A stretch of 64,000 bases of DNA from an uncultured virus (IMG/VR IMGVR_UViG_3300046820_000335) (Duplodnaviria; Heunggongvirae; Uroviricota; Caudoviricetes). Position numbers and translations under genes: made by a program. Of the stretch, positions 47,718 through 54,911 are shown piece after piece; position 1 is the first letter of the stretch, and each line of letters begins with the position of its first letter. The stretch is taken from IMG/VR virus record IMGVR_UViG_3300046820_000335. The stretch is one strand, 5' to 3'. The notes below the pieces were generated by a model that saw only the letters and a list, made by a program, of their open reading frames with translations, searched no databases and had not been told where the DNA came from.

Positions 47718-49266
47718 CTGTTCTATGAATCCACTCGTCTACAGTCCAAAATGGAGTAACAAGTTCCTTATATCGGGATTCGTTGATATTTAGTAGTTTT
47801 TGACCTACGGTTAGAGCATTTTTGTGTATATTTCTCAATACGGTGTGATCAAATACTCTTAATCCCTGTAGAACCATAAGCCATGCGGTTGGGCTATAGC
47901 CATATAGCCACGGTTCTCCTTTTTGTCCTAGATAATAACTCTTCCAAGCCAATAACTTTTCGGACAATGTTGCAGGTATTCGATTAGAATCGTACATGTG
48001 ACTCTTCCAAAAATCAGTATCTGATCGTTTTCCTCTATAATGAAGAGCTAGAAAATCTTTGATGTCTTCAGTAATATTCCAAACCCGCTCATTAAATCTA
48101 TCAACCCTTTCTGGGTCAATACGAGATTCAAAAGGTTTCCAGTGGTCTTGTAAACTATAAAGACTCTCAATAATCACAGCTACACCATTAGCTTCTAGAG
48201 GCTCTAAAAATCCGCTGCTAAGGCCGATTGCAATAACATTATTCCTCCATGCTTTTTTCATCATGCCGGGAGTAAACTGAAAGTTTGCAATAGGATCAAT
48301 TTTCTTGTTATAGAACTTTTCAGCTTCTTGAATAGCTTGATCTAAATTGATATGGTCGGGATCATAAATGTAACCATTTCCAGAACGATGTCTTAGATTA
48401 ATATTCCAAGACCAACCAAACTTCATAGCATTAGCGTTTGTTGTAGTGGTATATTCGGGCGAGTCCCACCAAGCAACTACTGCTCTTGCCGGAAAATAAT
48501 TAGTATAATCAACAACAGGTTCTTCTAAAACTTTACCCATAAGCAATCTTGCAAATCCAGAACAGTCAAAGAACCAATCTCCTTTTAGAAGTTGATCTTG
48601 ATCTAACTGTATACTGGTAATATTTCCATTGAGATCCTGATGTGATTGCTGATATTCACCTTCTACTAAGGTTATGTTTCTAGCTAGGCCAATGTTTTTA
48701 AAATATGCAGCAGCAGCCCTGCTTTCAAAATGCCACATTGCTACACACGGCAGTTCACTAGTTGCACCAAACGGAACTTTATTTGTTTCAATGAACTGAT
48801 TAGCATAGAATGCTTTTGCAAGGGGAATATCATTTGCTAAGAGTGTTTTAAGATATACGTCTTTTTCTTGTTCTGCATTAAGTATTGAATACATTGTTCC
48901 TAGATTTAGCTCTTCTGTAGGAGCACTGTTAACATATTCAGTCCATCCGTCTAGCCATGGTGCATAATCGGTTTGCAAACAGTGTATAAACTTTGATCCA
49001 ACACCTGTCCAGTTTTCAAACTTTCCTCCTAGCTTAGGAGTAGCATTAACTTTACGAATAAAGTCGTCGGAATCTATCTTGAGATGTCTTAATAAACCAA
49101 CAAATGTAGTAGTTCCACTTTCACCTGCAATGATAGGAGGCTGTTTGGGATTCTCTACTACAGTAACGTGTGTATCTGGCCAGTTACGCTGGATGAACAA
49201 CGCTGTTAACCATCCTGCACTTCCGCCTCCTAGAACAATAATATTAGAGTTTGATTTGTATTTCAT
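47713..49266 (-). CDS. Flavin-dependent tryptophan-halogenase family protein (divergent)
   Basis: GGGSAG, IIAGESG, ATPK, DCSGF, WSWNINL and GFLEPLEANG. Confidence 0.85.
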   Translation of the reverse strand: MKYKSNSNIIVLGGGSAGWLTALFIQRNWPDTHVTVVENPKQPPIIAGESGTTTFVGLLRHLKIDSDDFIRKVNATPKLGGKFENWTGVGSKFIHCLQTDYAPWLDGWTEYVNSAPTEELNLGTMYSILNAEQEKDVYLKTLLANDIPLAKAFYANQFIETNKVPFGATSELPCVAMWHFESRAAAAYFKNIGLARNITLVEGEYQQSHQDLNGNITSIQLDQDQLLKGDWFFDCSGFARLLMGKVLEEPVVDYTNYFPARAVVAWWDSPEYTTTTNANAMKFGWSWNINLRHRSGNGYIYDPDHINLDQAIQEAEKFYNKKIDPIANFQFTPGMMKKAWRNNVIAIGLSSGFLEPLEANGVAVIIESLYSLQDHWKPFESRIDPERVDRFNERVWNITEDIKDFLALHYRGKRSDTDFWKSHMYDSNRIPATLSEKLLAWKSYYLGQKGEPWLYGYSPTAWLMVLQGLRVFDHTVLRNIHKNALTVGQKLLNINESRYKELVTPFWTVDEWIHRTA

Positions 49267-50749
49267 TATATCTTTCTTTTAATCTGTTTAAAGATTCTCG
49301 GTGAGAAAACACCTCAACTTCTCGATCCATCGAATCATTTATTTCAATAGTGTTGTTAGTAATCTTTCTCCAGTGACTCATGTGTTCATTATAAAACTTT
49401 AATATTTTTTCATTATTGAACATTCCTAACCCGTGCATAACTTGAGCATAGTTATTGTATGAAAACAAAATCATAGGATCGTTAAAACAGTAGACGTTAG
49501 GAAAGTTTTCTTTAAAATATTCAAGGTGAGCTTTGTTAAAATCAGTTAATTTGATTTCATGCTGACACCAACGCCAAAACTCTGTATCAGATCTATCTGT
49601 AAAATAGTGTAGTTGAATATAATCTATAATGTTTTTTGCAACTACACTCATATGTTTATTATAGATATTTGCAGTAAGTTCTTCGCCTCGGTTGTAAAAG
49701 GCAATGTTAGGAGCCAGCATAAAACACTGTTGAATAGTTGTTCCTATACTACTGGCCTCTAATGGCTCAACAAATATTCCGCTTAGTCCAATACTTACAC
49801 AGTTTTTAATCCAAAACTTTTCAAGATATCCGGCACCAAACTTTACTCGCTTGCCCACTTTTAAATCGTCTGTAATGCCTAAGGTATTCTTATAGTATTG
49901 ACTCACCTCATCATAGGCTTCTGTTTCGTTTATGAACTGATCGCAGAATACATAACCGTTTCCGTATCTTTCTTGAGTAGGGATTCTCCATACCCAGCCG
50001 CTGCTTAGTGCTGTGGCTTCTGTATAAGAAGGAATATCTTCGGTATAGCCTGTTGGGAAAGCAATAGCACTGTTCATCGGTAACTGATCAGTAACATCAA
50101 CCCACTTAGCTTCTAACTTTGATGCAATGATTCTTTTGAATCCGCTACTGTCAATATAAAAATCGTAAGCATGAGATTGACCTTGTAGATCGATTAACTT
50201 AGAAACATACCCCTGCTCATCTAATATTACTTGATTTATTTCGCTATCAAGAATTTCTATATTCCTTTCATGACATTTTCTATGTAAGAAATCATTTAAC
50301 TTGTGCGTATCAAAATGATATTGACTTAAAATATCATGTAGCGGTTCAACATGTATACTTTCTCGACTTAACCGCCAAACAGTATCTAACGGATCCCAGT
50401 TTTCCCCGACCATTTGTAACCATGTAAATGGTAATCCGTTACTGGGACTAGTGCCGCCATACTGCTCACTGAGACTATGAAAGTAATGCGATCCGTCCCC
50501 TCGCCAGTTGGTAAACTTAATCCCTACTTTGAATGTAGCTCCTGCTTCTCGAACTAACTCCGGAAGAGAAATATTAACATGGTTCATGAACTTTTTCCAA
50601 TGTTCAGTACTACCTTCTCCCACCCCAATAATTCCGATGCTGCTGCTCTCGATTAGAGTTATTTTTAGATTAGGATATGCTTGTCGCATCATCAGTGCCG
50701 CTACTAGACCGCTAGTTCCTCCGCCTAAAATGCATAGTGATGTAATCAT
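49244..50749 (-). CDS. Flavin-dependent tryptophan-halogenase family protein
   Basis: GGGTSG, IGVGEGSTEHW, ATFK, DSSGF, WVWRIP and IFVEPLEASS. Confidence 0.9.
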   Translation of the reverse strand: MITSLCILGGGTSGLVAALMMRQAYPNLKITLIESSSIGIIGVGEGSTEHWKKFMNHVNISLPELVREAGATFKVGIKFTNWRGDGSHYFHSLSEQYGGTSPSNGLPFTWLQMVGENWDPLDTVWRLSRESIHVEPLHDILSQYHFDTHKLNDFLHRKCHERNIEILDSEINQVILDEQGYVSKLIDLQGQSHAYDFYIDSSGFKRIIASKLEAKWVDVTDQLPMNSAIAFPTGYTEDIPSYTEATALSSGWVWRIPTQERYGNGYVFCDQFINETEAYDEVSQYYKNTLGITDDLKVGKRVKFGAGYLEKFWIKNCVSIGLSGIFVEPLEASSIGTTIQQCFMLAPNIAFYNRGEELTANIYNKHMSVVAKNIIDYIQLHYFTDRSDTEFWRWCQHEIKLTDFNKAHLEYFKENFPNVYCFNDPMILFSYNNYAQVMHGLGMFNNEKILKFYNEHMSHWRKITNNTIEINDSMDREVEVFSHRESLNRLKERYNEIQIKL

Positions 50750-52230
50750 AGCTGTATTCTTCCGTCGCCTCTGGCTTTTACAATATTAACTGCTTCTCGA
50801 GGACTATAGTATGTATCGTCGTTTATTCCGGGAATAGTAGACATTATGTGCGCAGCTTCTTTAACAGTGTGACTATGCATTGATTTATGTAGTTCTTTGA
50901 GACTGCTAACATCAAACATACGAAGGCCGTGCATGACCTGAACCCAGTTTAGAATATCATAGAGATTATAAGTGTTAGTAGGCAAGGACATTTGATTTAT
51001 AAAGTTCTTTTTAAACAGAGGGATATGCTCTGCATTAAAATTAGTTAACTTTAAATCGTGTTTGCACCATCTCCAAAATTCTGAATCAGTACGTTCGGTA
51101 AGATAATGTAGTTGTATAAAATCTAAAATGTTTGACATCACTTCGTCAAACTGTTTGTTATAGTGTTTAGGTGTTGAAGTGTCGTCTCTAGTCCATGTAG
51201 ATAACGATACCGTTAATAATCTAGCCTGCTGCACAGTTGTTGAAATACTACTGGCTTCTAATGGTTCGACAAAACTACTGCTAAGTCCAACACTCACGCA
51301 ATTTTTAATCCAGAATCTATCTATTTTTCCTGATACAAAGTTTACCTTACGTGCAATGTTGATAGGATCTTTGAAATCTTTTTGTATTTCGTCAATAGCC
51401 TGTTGTTCGGTAATGAATGAATCTGAAAATACATAACCGTTCCCAAATCTATGTTGCACAGGACTACGCCAACACCACCCGCTAGTTAGTGCTTTGGATA
51501 ATGTCCATGGTGGTATTTCTTCTTGATAGGGTGTGGGAAATGCAATGGCACTGTTCATTGGTAGATATTCTGACCAATCCGTCCATTGTGATCCGAGTTT
51601 AGAGCTTATAACTCTTTTAAATCCGCTGCTGTCGACAAAAAAATCTGCTGTATATTTTTGATTATCAGTATCAACAACTGATTCGACGAACCCGTCCTGG
51701 TCTAATGTTGCATCTACTATTTCGGCTTCTACAACTATGATATTCCTCTCACTGCATTTTTTTAAAAATAATGCGTTTAATCTTTCACTATCGAAGTGAA
51801 ACTGAAAAAAGTTATCAGCTAACGGTTCTGCATGATACCCGGACATGGCCAAATCCCAATGTAGTTCTTCGGTGCCCCGACCATTAACTATTTCGTTCAG
51901 CATTACATGAGGAAGTCCCGAATATGCTTCGGTTACTGCAAAAAACTCTGGAACACTGTGATAATAACAACTGCCATCCCCGTGCCAGTTTTCAAACTTA
52001 ATGCCTGCTTTTAAGGTAGCTCCCGCTTCTTGAATGATTTCCCAGTTAGGAATCCCAGTAGCTTTAGAAAAGATATCCCAGTGTTCTGTACTTCCTTCGC
52101 CTACTCCAATAGTGCCTATTTTTGTAGATTTAATTACAGTTATAGGTAACTGCGGGTATGACGATCTCAAATAAAGTGCAGTCATTAGTCCTGCATTTCC
52201 ACCACCTAATACTATTAGACTTTTAATCAT
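50746..52230 (-). CDS. Flavin-dependent tryptophan-halogenase family protein (tandem paralogue of 49244..50749)
   Basis: GGGNAG, IGVGEGSTEHW, ATLK, DSSGF, WCWRSP and SFVEPLEASS. Confidence 0.9.
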   Translation of the reverse strand: MIKSLIVLGGGNAGLMTALYLRSSYPQLPITVIKSTKIGTIGVGEGSTEHWDIFSKATGIPNWEIIQEAGATLKAGIKFENWHGDGSCYYHSVPEFFAVTEAYSGLPHVMLNEIVNGRGTEELHWDLAMSGYHAEPLADNFFQFHFDSERLNALFLKKCSERNIIVVEAEIVDATLDQDGFVESVVDTDNQKYTADFFVDSSGFKRVISSKLGSQWTDWSEYLPMNSAIAFPTPYQEEIPPWTLSKALTSGWCWRSPVQHRFGNGYVFSDSFITEQQAIDEIQKDFKDPINIARKVNFVSGKIDRFWIKNCVSVGLSSSFVEPLEASSISTTVQQARLLTVSLSTWTRDDTSTPKHYNKQFDEVMSNILDFIQLHYLTERTDSEFWRWCKHDLKLTNFNAEHIPLFKKNFINQMSLPTNTYNLYDILNWVQVMHGLRMFDVSSLKELHKSMHSHTVKEAAHIMSTIPGINDDTYYSPREAVNIVKARGDGRIQL

Positions 52231-52834
52231 TAATAACCTTTATATTTGCTATTGAATCTGTTGCAAGTGTATGATTTATCTTGCCTGATGGTAACGAGTT
52301 AAAGCTGATGATATATCGATCAGCTGACCCTATATGTGGCTGACTATTATGCATCATCCAACTAGGAAATATAACTAACTTTCCAGGCTCTGCAGATAAC
52401 GGAATCATCGGCTGATAATCCTTTCGCAATACTTCTAACTGAGCATGTGTTCTATGAAACACCGGGTCTTCGAAGTGAGTTGACGAACCTTCAGTTAGAT
52501 AATAGACAGCACTGAAGAAACTCATAGAGTGTCTATGATAGTTTTGATACATGTTATAACCCGATAATGCTACATTGAACCAACTGTTTGTGATAGTAAA
52601 AGAATCGCAGTCGTATTTCATAGAGGTTCTAACATCGTCGAGACATTGTTCAAACCATTTGAAGAGATCTTTAAACTCTTCTAGATTATTAAGGTTATAC
52701 AACATGCTCAGAGTTGTACTTTTTTTTATTTTTACATTGTCTAATGTTTTTAGAGTTTCTACAAGAGCTGCATTATCTATATTTTGATTTCTAAAAATAA
52801 AAAGCTCTGTAGGAAATGTATTAATAATCTCCAT
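52223..52834 (-). CDS. 2OG-Fe(II) oxygenase-like protein (TIGR02466-like)
   Basis: SWFN...YHRH (HxH), SAVYY, FEDP, IFPSWMMH and RYIISFN; ATG at 52834 overlaps the upstream TAA. Confidence 0.85.
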   Translation of the reverse strand: MEIINTFPTELFIFRNQNIDNAALVETLKTLDNVKIKKSTTLSMLYNLNNLEEFKDLFKWFEQCLDDVRTSMKYDCDSFTITNSWFNVALSGYNMYQNYHRHSMSFFSAVYYLTEGSSTHFEDPVFHRTHAQLEVLRKDYQPMIPLSAEPGKLVIFPSWMMHNSQPHIGSADRYIISFNSLPSGKINHTLATDSIANIKVIND

Positions 52835-53412
52835 TAAAACTCCACCCATCCTGTTAGTAGATATTTTTCTTTAGCTAGTGGAGGGTTTCCTCGATGTGCA
52901 TGTGTAAATCCAGCAGGCCATATGACTAATGTTCCCTGTGTAGCTGGAATACGCATTCCCTGATATAGAAACTCTGTTTCGCCGCCTTGTTCAATGGTGT
53001 TTAGATATAAACCCCAAGAACATATTCTAGCTGAACGTTCGATTGTATCCGATTCAAAATGCCAAACATGATAACCTTGCCCAGGCAAAGTTTTTTGAAT
53101 CTTCATTGATCTTACTTGATGCTTTCCTGCTTCGGCTAATACGCTGTATTTTTCTAAATATTCGTTATAACAGGCCCAAAATCTATCCAGGAAAAAACCT
53201 AAAAAACCAGAGTCCGGAGTAAATCTCATGCTCTGTTCTTCTAATACAAATACTGCGGTATCGCTTTTTCTGTGTGATAGTGCATCCCCCAGTTGTAATC
53301 TTGAATAACTAAGATTCATCTTAGCTAAAGTTTCGTAATGATTGATCAACTTTTGGCATTCTTCTGGTTTCATAATGCCTTCCCAGATAGCAATATCTTT
53401 TTCTAGTTTCAT
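52834..53412 (-). CDS. Prolyl-4-hydroxylase-like 2OG-Fe(II) oxygenase
   Basis: KIQKT.PGQGYHVWHFE, YLN...GGETEF, IWPAGFTHAHRGNPP and KYLLTGW. Confidence 0.9.
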   Translation of the reverse strand: MKLEKDIAIWEGIMKPEECQKLINHYETLAKMNLSYSRLQLGDALSHRKSDTAVFVLEEQSMRFTPDSGFLGFFLDRFWACYNEYLEKYSVLAEAGKHQVRSMKIQKTLPGQGYHVWHFESDTIERSARICSWGLYLNTIEQGGETEFLYQGMRIPATQGTLVIWPAGFTHAHRGNPPLAKEKYLLTGWVEF

Positions 53413-53432
53413 TTAAGTTGTTTCCTGTAGCT

Positions 53433-53440
53433 TATTTATG
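53433..53440 (-). promoter_or_regulatory. Late promoter box (CATAAATA)
   Basis: Heads the minus-strand oxygenase/halogenase operon; SD AGGA follows. Confidence 0.6.
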
Positions 53441-53490
53441 TGGTCAGTTAATAGATTTTTGTAAATGCGATCTCCAAAGTATTAAATTAG

Positions 53491-53498
53491 AATAAATA
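53491..53498 (+). promoter_or_regulatory. Late promoter box (AATAAATA)
   Basis: Divergent partner upstream of 53528; AT-rich context lowers specificity. Confidence 0.45.
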
Positions 53499-53527
53499 CT
53501 ATGTATTGAAAACATGGATTCTAAAAG

Positions 53528-54901
53528 ATGCCTAACGCCCGTAACCCTATTGTAGATAGTATTAGAGTTCTCCCTAGACAGCCCGATTTTCTTGAAAGAA
53601 AAGTAGGAACTAGAGGAGAGATTTTCTTTGATGATCAAGATATTGCACTGAGATTATACGATGGTAATATCCCTGGCGGTATCGCATTACTAAGAGCAGA
53701 CTTAGAAAACCTAGAAGGCAGCTTAGGAGCAGTAGTATCTGCAACACCTCCAATAGGTCCTCAACCAGGAACTATATGGTTTAACTCTACAAATGGAAGA
53801 CAGTTAATTTATTTCAATACCGTATGGGTACAACCTACGCCGTCTTTATACTCTCAAGGCGGAACACAAACTTCCTTAACATTCCCCGTCGACCCCGAAA
53901 TAAACGATACATTTACCAATGGTATTGATACATGGATTTGGTTAGATACATATTGGGGGGTAAAAAATCTTGTAGATCCAGAATACACAGATCTAACAGT
54001 TACTAATACTATTACTGGATCTGTTAGCGACATTTCTAATCATAATCTAAATGATTTAGGAAATGTCGCTGCACTAAATCCGGAAAATGGAGCAGTATTA
54101 GCCTATAATACTGAGAGTGAATCGTGGGAATCAATTACCCTTACTTCGACATTTAATGGTGGTACAATTACCAATCCATTGATTATCAACAACAATAATT
54201 CTAGTACATCTACAACTTCTGGTGCCTTGCGTGTTACTGGTGGTCTTGGAGTCGGTGGCGCCGTAAACGTTGGAACGTACATTGACTTAAAAACTAGAGG
54301 AGAACTAAGATTCTCCGATGCAGATAACAGTAACTATGTAAGTTTTAAAGCTCCGGCATCGGTAGCGTCAAATATTACATGGACTCTTCCAGGCAATGAC
54401 GGGTCCTCTGGTCAGGTATTGAGTACAAACGGATCCGGAGTGTTAAGTTGGGCTACTGCATCCGGTTCCGGTGGCGGCGAAAGTAATCCACCTGGAGGTT
54501 TAGATTCAGCTGTTCAGTTCAATAATAGCGGAACATTTGGTGGAAGTTCAAGCCTAACATTTAATGCAGAGACAAGTACATTAACATCGGCCTCTATTAC
54601 TGTTACAGCATCAACAGTTAGTACTACAACAACTACGGGTAGCCTTGTAGCAGCCGGCGGCGTAGGCATTGCAGGACAGTTAAATGTAGGCGGCACTACA
54701 AATAAATTTACAGCAGCAACTAGTAGTTCTAGTACAACTACAGGAGCAATGGTTATTGCGGGCGGCGCGGGTATCGGCGGAAACGTCAATGTTGGCGGAA
54801 CAGTAAATATAGAAACAGCACCAACATCATCGACTCATGCTGCTACAAAAGGATACGTTGACTCTAATGTATTAGCTTTTTCAATAGCATTCGGAGTTTA
54901 A
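53528..54901 (+). CDS. Tail fibre-like structural protein
   Basis: GEIFFD.....LRLYDG...GG N-terminus, STSTTSGAL.V.GG.G..G.VNVG repeats (x3), GQVLSTNGSGVLSW and AATKGYVD...AFSIAFG. Confidence 0.8.
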   Translation: MPNARNPIVDSIRVLPRQPDFLERKVGTRGEIFFDDQDIALRLYDGNIPGGIALLRADLENLEGSLGAVVSATPPIGPQPGTIWFNSTNGRQLIYFNTVWVQPTPSLYSQGGTQTSLTFPVDPEINDTFTNGIDTWIWLDTYWGVKNLVDPEYTDLTVTNTITGSVSDISNHNLNDLGNVAALNPENGAVLAYNTESESWESITLTSTFNGGTITNPLIINNNNSSTSTTSGALRVTGGLGVGGAVNVGTYIDLKTRGELRFSDADNSNYVSFKAPASVASNITWTLPGNDGSSGQVLSTNGSGVLSWATASGSGGGESNPPGGLDSAVQFNNSGTFGGSSSLTFNAETSTLTSASITVTASTVSTTTTTGSLVAAGGVGIAGQLNVGGTTNKFTAATSSSSTTTGAMVIAGGAGIGGNVNVGGTVNIETAPTSSTHAATKGYVDSNVLAFSIAFGV

Positions 54902-54911
54902 GGAAAAATAA

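Noticed and set aside
37921..53412. Host-derived secondary-metabolite cluster or prophage boundary
   Set aside because: No scaffold-building enzyme, transporter, regulator, integrase or att site; the operons carry phage late boxes and are flanked by virion genes.
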